64,000 nt of DNA from a virus (lineage: Duplodnaviria > Caudoviricetes). Both the position numbers and the translations under genes were made by a program. This document shows positions 47,552-56,850 of the stretch, piece by piece. The stretch lies in the IMG/VR virus record IMGVR_UViG_2639762835_000002. One strand, written 5' to 3'. Each line of letters begins with the position of its first letter. Within the stretch, counting starts at the first letter, position 1. Under the pieces are notes generated by a model, which was given only the letters and a program-made list of their open reading frames with translations, was not told where the DNA came from and did no database searches.

Positions 47552-49019
47552 GTGGCGTATCCCGAAGAGATCCGCAAGGCAGCAAAGGGACTCTACCTTA
47601 AGCGATGGACCCCCCAGGAGATCAAGGACGAACTGGGTCTGAACTCCTGCCGCATTGTCTACTACTGGGCCGAAAAGCTCGGCTGGCGGGAGCTGTTGAC
47701 CGATGAGGCGGTGGAGGATGCCATTGCCCGCCGGGTCAATGTGCTGCTGGATCGCGAGAAGAAAACCCCGGGCGAGCAGGATGAGCTGGACCGACTCATT
47801 GGCCACCATGCCAGCCTGAAAGAGAAAGCCCTCAAGTGGGCTGAACGCCAGCAGGCGCTCACCACCCGCCGCGAGAGTAGCGATGAACCCGCTGCCGAGC
47901 GGTCGCGCCGTGGCCGAGGCGGCCAAGATGGCGGCAGCAGTAAGGGGAGGGGCGGCAAGAAAGGTAAGAACCAGATCGGCCACCTGAGCGCCGACGATTT
48001 CAGCGAGTGGCTGGATCCCCAACTTCGAGCGGCTCTCCGATGTCTCCAGTGCCATGGCCACCCAAAGCCATTGGCGTAAGACCTACTTCTCGACCCCATC
48101 GAGCAAGGTGCACGAAGCGTACCGGTTCTGGACCGGGGATCGCTGGAAGGGTACTCGCCCAAGTCGGCAGGCTATCGACTTCCCTGGTGAAGACGACCTG
48201 CGCGACGGGGGCCGCATCTGTCCCGATCGGCAGTGGCGTTACGTCATCACCGTCGAGGATGCCATACGCCTGGGTTGCAACCTCATCGACATCGAGGAGC
48301 TCAAAGACGAGTACCCAGAGGAGGTGTTCGATCGCCTCTACCTGTGCCGCTTTATCGACGATGCCCTGTCGGTGTTCAAGTTCCAGGATATGGAGCGGGC
48401 GGGGGTGGATCCGACCCGGTGGGAAGACTACAAGCCCGGGCGGCCCGACCCGTTTGGCCGGCGAGAGGTGTGGCTGGGGTATGACCCAAGTCGCACCCGC
48501 GACAACGCCACCCTGGTGGTGGTCGCCCCGCCCACTGTCGCCGGCGAGCGGTTCCGGGTGCTGGAAAAGCACTACTGGCGCGGGCTTAACTTCCAGTACC
48601 AGGCGCAGGAGATCGAACGCATCGCCAAGAAGTTCCGGGTCACTTATCTGGGGGTTGATGTGTCCGGCATTGGCTCCGGGGTCTATGACCTGCTCAAGCC
48701 TGTGTTCAAAGGGGTGTGCCACCCCATCAACTACAGCATCGAGAGCAAGTCGCGGCTGGTACTCAAGATGATCGACGTGGTGGAGGCAAACCGCATCGAG
48801 TGGGACAGCTCGGACCGGGATATCCCGCTGGCGTTCCTGGCCATCAAACGCAGCACCACCGGTGGCGGCCAGATGACGTTCCGCGCCGCCCGCGACAACG
48901 TGACCGGCCACGCCGACGTGTTCTTTGCTATCGCCCACGCCGTGGCCAATGAGCCGCTCGATACCAACCGCAAACGTAAATCCAGCTGGGTCACCAGTCA
49001 GGAGAGAAAGGCAGCATGA
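47552..49019 (+). pseudogene. Terminase large subunit with an internal deletion and frameshift at ~48011-48014
   Basis: The N-terminal HTH part is fused out of frame to WIPNFERL...TYFSTPSS; the Walker A and B motifs present in prophage 1 gpP are missing. Confidence 0.9.
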
Positions 49020-50032
49020 CCAAACGACAGCAACGACCGGCCAAGACTGCCACCCCTTCTACCCGTTCTTCTGTGGTGTTCAGCATGCCGGAAGCGGTCG
49101 ACCCCACCGCCTGGATGACCGACTACACCGGGGTGTTCTACAACCCCTACGGCGAGTATTACCAGCCGCCCATCGAGCGCAAGGGGTTGGCCAAGGTGGC
49201 GCGGGCCAATGCCCACCACGGGGCCATCTTGATGGCGCGACGCAATATGGTGGCGGGGCGCTTCACCAACCAGCGCGCCACCATCACGGCGTTCGTGCAC
49301 AACTACCTGCAGTTCGGGGATGCGGGCATGCTCAAGCTGCGCAACGGCTTTGGCCAGGTGGTGGGGCTGCACCCGTTATCGAGCGTCTACCTGCGCCGGC
49401 GTGAGGATGGCTGCTTTGTGTACCTGCAGCAGCAGGGCAAGCCGAACCTGATTTACCGGCCGGAGGAGGTGATCTGGCTGGCGCAGTACGACCCAGAGCA
49501 GCAGGTCTATGGCATGCCCGATTACCTGGGCGGCCTGCAGTCGGCCCTGCTCAACCAGGACGCCACCCTGTTTCGGCGCAAATACTTCCTCAACGGCGCC
49601 CACATGGGGTTCATCTTCTACGCCACCGACCCGAATATGGACGATGACACTGAAAAAGAGATGAAGGAGATGATCGCGAGCAGCAAGGGGGTGGGGAACT
49701 TTCGCTCCATGTTCGTCAACATTCCGGACGGCAAGCCTGATGGCATCAAGCTGATCCCGGTGGGGGACATTGCGACCAAGGACGAGTTTGCCGCCATCAA
49801 GGGGATCACCGCCCAGGACGTGCTGACTAGCCACCGATTCCCGGCGGCGCTGGCCGGCATCATTCCGACCAATGGTGGGGGCGGGCTTGGAGATCCCGAG
49901 AAGTACGATGCGACCTATGCCAGAAACGAGGTGCTGCCACTGTGTGAGCTTATCCAGGATGCCATCAACAGCGCGGGACTCCCTCGCTCCCTCTGGGTCG
50001 ATTTTAGGGAGAATATCGGTGCAACTGTATAA
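49016..50032 (+). CDS. Portal protein
   Basis: QQVYGMPDY, DATLFRRKYFLNGAHMGFI, HRFP. Confidence 0.95.
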   Translation: MTKRQQRPAKTATPSTRSSVVFSMPEAVDPTAWMTDYTGVFYNPYGEYYQPPIERKGLAKVARANAHHGAILMARRNMVAGRFTNQRATITAFVHNYLQFGDAGMLKLRNGFGQVVGLHPLSSVYLRRREDGCFVYLQQQGKPNLIYRPEEVIWLAQYDPEQQVYGMPDYLGGLQSALLNQDATLFRRKYFLNGAHMGFIFYATDPNMDDDTEKEMKEMIASSKGVGNFRSMFVNIPDGKPDGIKLIPVGDIATKDEFAAIKGITAQDVLTSHRFPAALAGIIPTNGGGGLGDPEKYDATYARNEVLPLCELIQDAINSAGLPRSLWVDFRENIGATV

Positions 50033-50040
50033 ACAAACAG
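50025..50040. promoter_or_regulatory. LexA box upstream of ogr
   Basis: CTGTATAAACAAACAG fits CTGT-N8-ACAG. Confidence 0.8.
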
Positions 50041-50090
50041 TGTTCGCTGTGGCAAGATAGGCTGTTGATTTGGATAGAAAAGGGGGCGTA

Positions 50091-50342
50091 ATGCGGGTTT
50101 ATTGCAAAGTGTGTGGCCAGCGGGGCCGCATTACCAAGACCAACCGACTGAGCGATGATGTCTCGGATCTCTACTGTCAGTGCACCGATGCGGAGTGTGG
50201 CCACAGCTGGGTGGCCACCTTGTCGTTCGCCCACACCCTGAGCCCCTCGGCCAAGACTACCAACCAGCTGGTGCTGAGCTTGATGGGGTCGCTGACGCCA
50301 GAGGGGCGGCAGATGGTACTGAAAGGACTGGGGGCGCAATAG
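50091..50342 (+). CDS. ogr: Ogr/Delta zinc-finger activator
   Basis: CKVC...LYCQCTDAECGHSW...HTLSPSA. Confidence 0.92.
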   Translation: MRVYCKVCGQRGRITKTNRLSDDVSDLYCQCTDAECGHSWVATLSFAHTLSPSAKTTNQLVLSLMGSLTPEGRQMVLKGLGAQ

Positions 50343-50868
50343 CGCCCTCCGATTTTTTCTTGTTCTGGCACGATGTGGTCGTCATCAGGGCGCCCCTCGG
50401 CGCTGGTTGCTACTGTCGATCCTCTCTTCGTTCGCTCCACAAGGCTGACCTGCATCAAAAAGTGAAACAGAAATCAGCCTGATAGATAACTTTTTGCTGA
50501 CTGCAATAGTCTGCGTTTGATACCCTACTGATCTGTCATATTCACGATGCTAATGGCAGCCTAGATGATTGATGGTTACCTTTTCTTCAAGCTGGTTATA
50601 AAGCAGCGTGCAGGGAACTAAAACCCTCAGAGGTAGTTATCTTGTTTACCAGGAGACGGGATACAAGGTGATGGATACCACAGAATCTAATTGCCGGATT
50701 ATGACGAATGGTTGCACATGTTTACTGCGTGTGCCAAGCCAGTCAGCGCAGGGTTTTGAAATGTCAGTGATACTTTTAAATCGTGTTTTATATATACGAA
50801 ATAGAGTTTCGATACTATGTGGAAACTTTCCGTAAAAAACTTTTGTGCAATTTTTAAAGAGGTGGCCT

Positions 50869-51474
50869 TTGGCAAAGGAAAATAATAATTTGGCGGCTAG
50901 CTCTGCTAGAGAGAGCAAACTATTGCAAATTCGGACTGATGCTTTATCGGCTGAGTATATATATAAACATGAATTGAATAAGATATCTGTTGTTACAACC
51001 GTTATTACGGCACTAACGATTCTAGTACCTATTATAATAACTCTTGCTTTGGTTTGGGCTAAAGGTACAGGTTATGAGGAACTTCTGAATGGTGTATCTT
51101 ACATATCATCTGGTGCTTTGCTATGTCTTTCTATCTGTAGCTTAATATTCAAACTTGAGCAACGAAAAGAAGCATACTTAATTGGTAGACGTACAAACAT
51201 ATCTATTGGGAATGAAGCTCAGGAACTAATGTCTAACAGAGAGTTAGACGCGACATGGTTTTATAAGTTTGTTGCGGAGCAGGATGCGAGAGATCAAGAG
51301 AATATATCTAATATCTCTAGCTCAGTAACACAGGATGCTTACCGATATACACTCAAGAAACTTCATCCTAGTGATAGCAATGTTGTATGTCCGGTATGCT
51401 CTGCATCACCATATATTTTTTTCAAAGGTAGTTGTCAATTGTGTGGTAATACACCAGTAAATAAGGGGAAGTAA
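50869..51474 (+). CDS. Two-TM (SLATT-like) protein with a C-terminal CxxC-x11-CxxC (mobilome CxxC family-like)
   Basis: TTG start after AGAGGTGG; two TM helices; CPVC-SASPYIFFKGS-CQLC. Confidence 0.8.
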   Translation: MAKENNNLAASSARESKLLQIRTDALSAEYIYKHELNKISVVTTVITALTILVPIIITLALVWAKGTGYEELLNGVSYISSGALLCLSICSLIFKLEQRKEAYLIGRRTNISIGNEAQELMSNRELDATWFYKFVAEQDARDQENISNISSSVTQDAYRYTLKKLHPSDSNVVCPVCSASPYIFFKGSCQLCGNTPVNKGK

Positions 51475-51690
51475 ATGTCTAATAAAGAAATATTTGATAA
51501 TTGGTTTAGTGGGCTTTCAAAATCTGAGCAAGATGAAATATTAACCCATATTTTTTCTACGAAGCTCACTATTACTACTGAAGGCTTTTTTTCAGGGCCA
51601 TCAGGTAAGGCTTTAGAGAAGGGACTTTTTACTGGACCTTCTGGTTTTAGTGGTCGTCAAGTTTGTGGTGGTTGTGGTCGCCCAATATAA
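51475..51690 (+). CDS. Small hypothetical protein with a C-terminal CxxC
   Basis: Abuts the upstream stop, has an RBS; GFFSGPSG / GLFTGPSG repeat and CGGC. Confidence 0.75.
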   Translation: MSNKEIFDNWFSGLSKSEQDEILTHIFSTKLTITTEGFFSGPSGKALEKGLFTGPSGFSGRQVCGGCGRPI

Positions 51691-51693
51691 ATT

Positions 51694-51823
51694 GCATAAC
51701 AAATGTCTCAAGAGGGACTGTCAACGCGTTGTGTTTCCAGTCCCATTGAGCCGCGGTGGTTATGGCTGTTGAGTTTGAGTTTAGTGTTATGCATGTTGCC
51801 AGTCCCTTAGGTGGACGTTAACT
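51694..51823 (+). other. attC site of the Vibrio cholerae repeat (VCR) type
   Basis: GCATAAC...CTCAAGAGGGACTGTCAACGCG...TTTCCAGTCCCATTGAGCCGCGGTGGTTA...GTTTGAGTTTAGTG...CCCTTAGG...GTTAACT closely follows the VCR consensus as recalled. Confidence 0.92.
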
Positions 51824-51851
51824 CTCTTTACGTAAATATAATGAGTATATA

Positions 51852-53024
51852 ATGGTAATTACTCCAAGAGTCATATGCAAAACATGTGATACGAAACATC
51901 TTTTAAAGGTAACGATAGGACGCGAAGATAGTCAATATCATTCTTTTCCGTGTACTGAATGTGAAGAGGAAATGGAATTCGGACTTGAAAATATGTTTTC
52001 GGTTACTGATTTAAAATATAGGTATGGAAAAAACTGTAAAGAGGGTGATTTTGATTACTTTGATGCGATACAGGTTCATTTAAATCCTGATTTTGGCGTG
52101 GGACACAAAGTTGTTGAGGCTGGTGATATTTTTACGGCAACGTTGTCTAATTGCCTTGAAATGCAGCGAATGCAAGCGGAAATGGACCAGGAAATAAGAG
52201 CTGAAATTATTGAGCATCGAGTTAATTATGATAACTATAATAGTGAAAAAATGCGATTTCACTTGAAGGTTTGGTCGCTTTTAAGAAAGGGTAAAGTTGA
52301 ACTTGCGGATAAGTACATATCAAAAAACATATGTGAGTTTCAGGGGAACGCTGGAAAAGGACAGGAATATCATACTAGTGAATTCCTAAATCATATTATC
52401 GGTTCATATGGTTTGGAAATTTATGAAAGCTTAAAATCTGAGAAAGAAAAAGCAGCTTCCCTCAAAGAGCTTGTTAATTTTAGTGAAACTCAAAATGTAG
52501 ATGTATATGATATATTTGAAGAGTTTATAGAGTTGTTTAGTGAGTTTTCTCAGGTGTTTACTTACTTAAATCGCGGGATTGAAATATCAGGCAGTGTTAA
52601 AGTATCTTCGACAGACTTTAATCGTACAAAAAAACACTATAGCTCAGCATATGAAGTGTTAGCAAAGCTTCTCTATATTCCCGCAGGTATTAATAACTCT
52701 ATAGAGAGGGGGGACCCTCATAAGTTTGAACGTCTTGACTCGCTGGGTAAATATGTAAACACTGGAAATGGTGATAAATTGCGCTGTTTAAGCAACAACG
52801 TTGAATTAAATAAGCTTTCTGAGTGTTACGATAATCATTTAAGAAATGCATCATTTCATAACAATATGAATTACAGCCCTAAAAAAAATAAAATCACGTA
52901 TAAACAGAATAACGGCATAGATGTAAAAATGAACTACAAAGAATATTTAATTATGTGTGTTAAAGTGACTGAGGCTATTGCCGCTTTATCTTTGTTTAGT
53001 TTAGTTGACCTAAACGAGAGTTAA
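51852..53024 (+). CDS. Cassette protein: N-terminal Zn ribbon and C-terminal HEPN-like RxxxxH motif
   Basis: CKTC...CTEC; LRNASFH; the stop codon lies inside the inverse core site. Confidence 0.8.
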   Translation: MVITPRVICKTCDTKHLLKVTIGREDSQYHSFPCTECEEEMEFGLENMFSVTDLKYRYGKNCKEGDFDYFDAIQVHLNPDFGVGHKVVEAGDIFTATLSNCLEMQRMQAEMDQEIRAEIIEHRVNYDNYNSEKMRFHLKVWSLLRKGKVELADKYISKNICEFQGNAGKGQEYHTSEFLNHIIGSYGLEIYESLKSEKEKAASLKELVNFSETQNVDVYDIFEEFIELFSEFSQVFTYLNRGIEISGSVKVSSTDFNRTKKHYSSAYEVLAKLLYIPAGINNSIERGDPHKFERLDSLGKYVNTGNGDKLRCLSNNVELNKLSECYDNHLRNASFHNNMNYSPKKNKITYKQNNGIDVKMNYKEYLIMCVKVTEAIAALSLFSLVDLNES

Positions 53025-53138
53025 CAAACGCTATAAGGCAGAATCGCAACGCATGGTATTTTTGTCATGCGTTGATTTTGGTGATTAAAGTGGTCTGTGG
53101 AAATATTGCGTTGCTCACCATTTGAGCGGGTGTGAGGC
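53019..53138 (+). other. attC site of a second Vibrio type, degenerate
   Basis: AGTTAACAAACG...TCGCAACGCATGG...CATGCGTTG...TATTGCGTTGCTCACCA...GTGAGGC (core with GTT mutated to GTG). Confidence 0.8.
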
Positions 53139-53402
53139 CGTAAATTTCTAGCCCTTGGTACCAGAATAAAAGACTCATCGTCTGGAATTATGAACTGTGC
53201 CGCCATGCTACCACGGTGGCACAGTTCACTAATGATTTGCACGTCAAGGTCCGTTGTCCGGCTGCCCCATGATCGGTGCGCTCGGTTGAGCTGTCAGGTG
53301 CGGCTTGGACGATGACCACGGGGAGCGGGCCATCAAAAAAGTTTGCTGTCTACCATTAGAGGAAAGAAGCGGCACAGTCGGGTGGTTTACCTTTATCTGA
53401 AA

Positions 53403-53621
53403 CTAGTTTGTAACCTCGGTGGCGACGACAGACAGAGCCAGCGATTCTGAATGAGAATAGCGGTGACGCAGGATAATGCAGGCCACGGCCTGCTGTTTGC
53501 CCTTGAGCATCCCCACCCATTGACTGGTCTCGTTGGCTGGCCAGCATTGCTGGAGAATGTAGGTCACCCGATTAACCAGGCGGCGGTATTCTTCGCGGCT
53601 TACGGTCTGCATGCTGTTCAT
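53403..53621 (-). CDS. Conserved hypothetical protein downstream of gpA
   Basis: ILQQCWP...W..ML; similar to 17517-17855. Confidence 0.6.
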   Translation of the reverse strand: MNSMQTVSREEYRRLVNRVTYILQQCWPANETSQWVGMLKGKQQAVACIILRHRYSHSESLALSVVATEVTN

Positions 53622-55885
53622 ATCCACTCCTCGTTGTAGTCGCCCAGTTCTTGCTGCCAATCCTGGGTGTTAAGCTTCTCCAGTTCTGCCCACATGTGTG
53701 ACTGGTGTGGCTCCGGCAGCATCTCAATCCAACGGTGCGCCCCGGCGTGTCCTTGCACCTGGTAAACCTTGCCGCACAATTCGACAAGCATCGGCCAGTC
53801 CGGATCGCCTGCCGGTACCGCGTATTCATCTGGTTGGCCCTGTTCGGCTGGCTGTAGTCCCTCCAGTTGCAAGTCCGGCTCGCTTGGGAGCGATCTGCAC
53901 GACTGCAGCTGTCCGTTCTCCAGCCAGAGGGTGAAACCATCCGCCCTTACGCTGGCACCTGACCGTAACCGGTCGATGGAGAAGGGCGATAACCCCCATT
54001 GTTCCCTCATGATCTGGTCTGCGAAGGCATCAGGATCTGGCCGCGTACAGTTATTGTCAGAGCTCCAAGGAGCCGGGCTGTCGCCCGTCTTAACCCCAAC
54101 CCTCCAAGCCGAACCCTCGGCGGCCTTGGTGGCCTCAAAGGTACCGGCAGGCACCACTTCCCACCCAGTCAGACGAGTACGCACACCCAGTCGGGCGGTA
54201 TGTAGGCCCATCAGGCGTTTGATGTCTTCGCCGTAAGCGTTGGCCTGTTCTTCAATGAGGTGGGCCAACTTGATGGGGTGTTCGGCCCGGGTCGCCAGGG
54301 CGCCGCCCATGGCCTGCAGGTAACAGCGGAAGATGCCGTTATCCGCGGCAAAGCGGGCGGCCTCAAAGCGTGGGTCTTGCAACACAGGTTTAGGTGGGCC
54401 CACCAGATCACCATGCTTCTTGGCGTTGCTGATGCGGCGCAGCTCGCGCCACACCCCGACAGGGGCGCCGCCGATCTGTTGGAAGGTGCGGATCCCCCAC
54501 CAACTGGCCCAAGCACATGCATGCTGGGCCCCTTGATCAGCAGGAGTGTCTGACTCCTGATCACCATCTACATGCTCACCGTCGATGTTCTTGGCGATAT
54601 AGGCGGCGATGTAGCCGGTGGCGTCCCCTTTGGCCGGGTCTATCTCTTTCCAGTCAAAGCGGGGTTTGATGTTGGTGAAGGGCGGGCGCCCCTGGATCTC
54701 GCGCACCAGCTCCTGATGATCATCGGTGAGGGCATAGCGTTGCAGGGTGCTGATCACCCGCCATTTGTTGGCAGGGCGCATAAAGAGCAGCATGTGCCAG
54801 TGCGGGGTACCATCGTGATGTGGTTCGCACACCCGAAAGCCGTAGACGGGGGCATCGACCCGCTTGAGGGCGGCCCGAGTCAGGCTCCATAGCTTGGCCA
54901 GATAAGCGCAGGTTTCCCGCGGCGTTGCCCCTTCATAGCGCTTGTTCTCTACGGTCTTGCCGTCGTGCTTCTGTGTCCAGGCATGAAAGCGGGAAGGGGC
55001 CGTCCAGGTGACGAAGACCCCCACATGCCCTTGCTCTTCGGCGTAATCCTCAAAGCCGCGCATCCGCACCATCATCTCGTTGCGGCGGTTGACCGGGTTG
55101 GCGTTGCTGGCCTCCCAGCAATCCTTCATCGAGATCACCAGGTCATGCTGCTCGTTCATCACCTCAGACTCGGCCAACCAGCGCATCATGGCCCGCTTGC
55201 GCTCGCGCACCACCTTCATGGTGGCGTTCGACACATAAGCCGACACCCCCTTGCGCACCTTGCCGAGTACGATGTTGATGTGCTCCTGCAGTCGGTCCCA
55301 GGTGCGGTTGATGCGCTTTTCCCACCACTTGGCAGAGAGCAGGCGCACCATCACGCTCAGGATCCAGTTATCACGTATCTCCTCGGTTTTGAATTCGGGC
55401 AACTCCCCTATAAAGCCCCACTGGTCGGCAGGTTGGTGAATGACCTCCCATGCCAGCAGCAGATCCGGCTCATCGCCGGCTTTGATGCCCTGCTCGATGT
55501 TGTGCCAGATGGCGGCCGTCTGGTTGGCGAACTGGTGCGCCACTCGCTTACGGCTCTCTTCATCGCGCAGGGCCTGAGGGTCCACTGGCAGGGCCTGGAT
55601 AAGGCTGCGCACCAGCTTGGTCCGCTCACGAAGCCAGATGTTGCCATTGCGGGCATGGCGGGTGCTGCCATCTTTGCGGCGTCGCACGTATTGCTTGAAC
55701 AGGGTCAGGCTGAGCTGGGGGGAGAGGCCATCGAGCATTTGCACGGCCCACGCCAGATCAGATTGACCGGGTGCGCCAACGAAAGCGGCGTCAAGATTGA
55801 CGCCGGGCAGAGCATTGGAAAGGGTATCGATACGCTGCCGCAGTGTCCTTTTCGACAGCGGCAACCGGGTGGCTGTTCGACTCAT
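53618..55885 (-). CDS. A: Replication endonuclease gpA
   Basis: TWTAPSRFH, RVCEPHHDGTPHWH, GYIAAYIAKNIDG. Confidence 0.96.
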   Translation of the reverse strand: MSRTATRLPLSKRTLRQRIDTLSNALPGVNLDAAFVGAPGQSDLAWAVQMLDGLSPQLSLTLFKQYVRRRKDGSTRHARNGNIWLRERTKLVRSLIQALPVDPQALRDEESRKRVAHQFANQTAAIWHNIEQGIKAGDEPDLLLAWEVIHQPADQWGFIGELPEFKTEEIRDNWILSVMVRLLSAKWWEKRINRTWDRLQEHINIVLGKVRKGVSAYVSNATMKVVRERKRAMMRWLAESEVMNEQHDLVISMKDCWEASNANPVNRRNEMMVRMRGFEDYAEEQGHVGVFVTWTAPSRFHAWTQKHDGKTVENKRYEGATPRETCAYLAKLWSLTRAALKRVDAPVYGFRVCEPHHDGTPHWHMLLFMRPANKWRVISTLQRYALTDDHQELVREIQGRPPFTNIKPRFDWKEIDPAKGDATGYIAAYIAKNIDGEHVDGDQESDTPADQGAQHACAWASWWGIRTFQQIGGAPVGVWRELRRISNAKKHGDLVGPPKPVLQDPRFEAARFAADNGIFRCYLQAMGGALATRAEHPIKLAHLIEEQANAYGEDIKRLMGLHTARLGVRTRLTGWEVVPAGTFEATKAAEGSAWRVGVKTGDSPAPWSSDNNCTRPDPDAFADQIMREQWGLSPFSIDRLRSGASVRADGFTLWLENGQLQSCRSLPSEPDLQLEGLQPAEQGQPDEYAVPAGDPDWPMLVELCGKVYQVQGHAGAHRWIEMLPEPHQSHMWAELEKLNTQDWQQELGDYNEEWI

Positions 55886-56139
55886 TGGATGGCGGTACCA
55901 GATAGCAACGTAATGCGGGACTGGCAGCCCTGGATGCGCTGCTGCGCATGGGCTCTCATGCGGCGGGCTGCCGCGCACTGGCGCAGTAACAGCGTGATAC
56001 TGGCTCGGGGGCGAGCAGGCAGTCGGCGCGCATTGGCCAGCTCCTTCTGATAAAGACGCAGCCGCGCTGCGTCTTCCCGATAGGTCTCTTGCCAGCGGTG
56101 CATCAGGCTGGCCAGTTCCTGCTGCAGGTGATGGGTCAC
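55882..56139 (-). CDS. Hypothetical early protein
   Basis: Translationally coupled ORF. Confidence 0.6.
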   Translation of the reverse strand: MTHHLQQELASLMHRWQETYREDAARLRLYQKELANARRLPARPRASITLLLRQCAAARRMRAHAQQRIQGCQSRITLLSGTAIQ

Positions 56140-56591
56140 TGGATCACCTCACCTTGTCCGTGCAGCGGGGCGCACTCGCGCCACCACTCGCCGATTTCCC
56201 GGGCCAGGGCGGTTTCACCCTGGCCCAGTGCCAGCCAATAGACAGAGCGCACGGCCCCGAGCGCCAGCAACTCCCGGGAGATGTCTCTATCCCCCCGAAC
56301 TTCACCACCGGCGGCGATAAACTCGGCGCGGGCCGCCAGCCAGTGAGTGACCAACGGGCCATGAGTCGGGGCCATGGCTGGCCCCTCTTCGCCATCGTCC
56401 TCACCGCTGTCGTCATCCAGCAGGGCGGCCGGATTGCAGGTGGCGACCAGTTGGATCTGGATGTACTGCTGGCCGGAGTAAACCCCGCCCAGGGCGATGC
56501 GGTTATCTTCGGCGTTGGTGGCGAACATATCGGCCAGCAGCCCCTCGACGAGCTGGGGCGCCTGACGGGCAATCTTGATGGCGTCGCTCAT
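56136..56591 (-). CDS. Conserved hypothetical early protein
   Basis: Homologous to 22467-22784. Confidence 0.75.
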   Translation of the reverse strand: MSDAIKIARQAPQLVEGLLADMFATNAEDNRIALGGVYSGQQYIQIQLVATCNPAALLDDDSGEDDGEEGPAMAPTHGPLVTHWLAARAEFIAAGGEVRGDRDISRELLALGAVRSVYWLALGQGETALAREIGEWWRECAPLHGQGEVIQ

Positions 56592-56848
56592 GCCAGCACC
56601 TCCGGCGTAGCGATGCCGGTCAGCAGCCATTCGCAGTGATGTTTCATCTCCGGGTGATTGGCGATCAGCAGGAACAGGCCCCCGCCGATCTCGCGGTATC
56701 CCAGCTCGTAGTTCTTGAGCGTGGTGGCCGGAATGCCGAGCTGATCGGCAAACTTGGGGCGGCTCAGCTTCAACTGCTCCCGTAACTGGCGCAGACGCTT
56801 GGCCGCATGGTGGTTGAGCAGATTGATCTGGGTTGGTTGTGCGTTCAT
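56588..56848 (-). CDS. XRE-family HTH regulator
   Basis: LRQLRE...SRPKFADQLGIP..TLKNYELG...WLLTG. Confidence 0.85.
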   Translation of the reverse strand: MNAQPTQINLLNHHAAKRLRQLREQLKLSRPKFADQLGIPATTLKNYELGYREIGGGLFLLIANHPEMKHHCEWLLTGIATPEVLA

Positions 56849-56850
56849 GG

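Larger units (their letters stand above)
50842..53138 (+). mobile_element. Two-cassette integron array without an integrase (CALIN-like)
   Basis: ORF-attC-ORF-attC in the same orientation, with complementary core and inverse-core ends; AT-rich. Confidence 0.88.

Noticed and set aside
44163-50032. Capsid-forming satellite (cf-PICI) interpretation of prophage 2
   Set aside because: A full tail operon is present though damaged, and TerL is broken; ordinary prophage decay fits better
50608-50918. Short ORFs upstream of cassette 1
   Set aside because: No motifs or clear RBS, and they overlap on opposite strands; probably non-coding or promoter sequence
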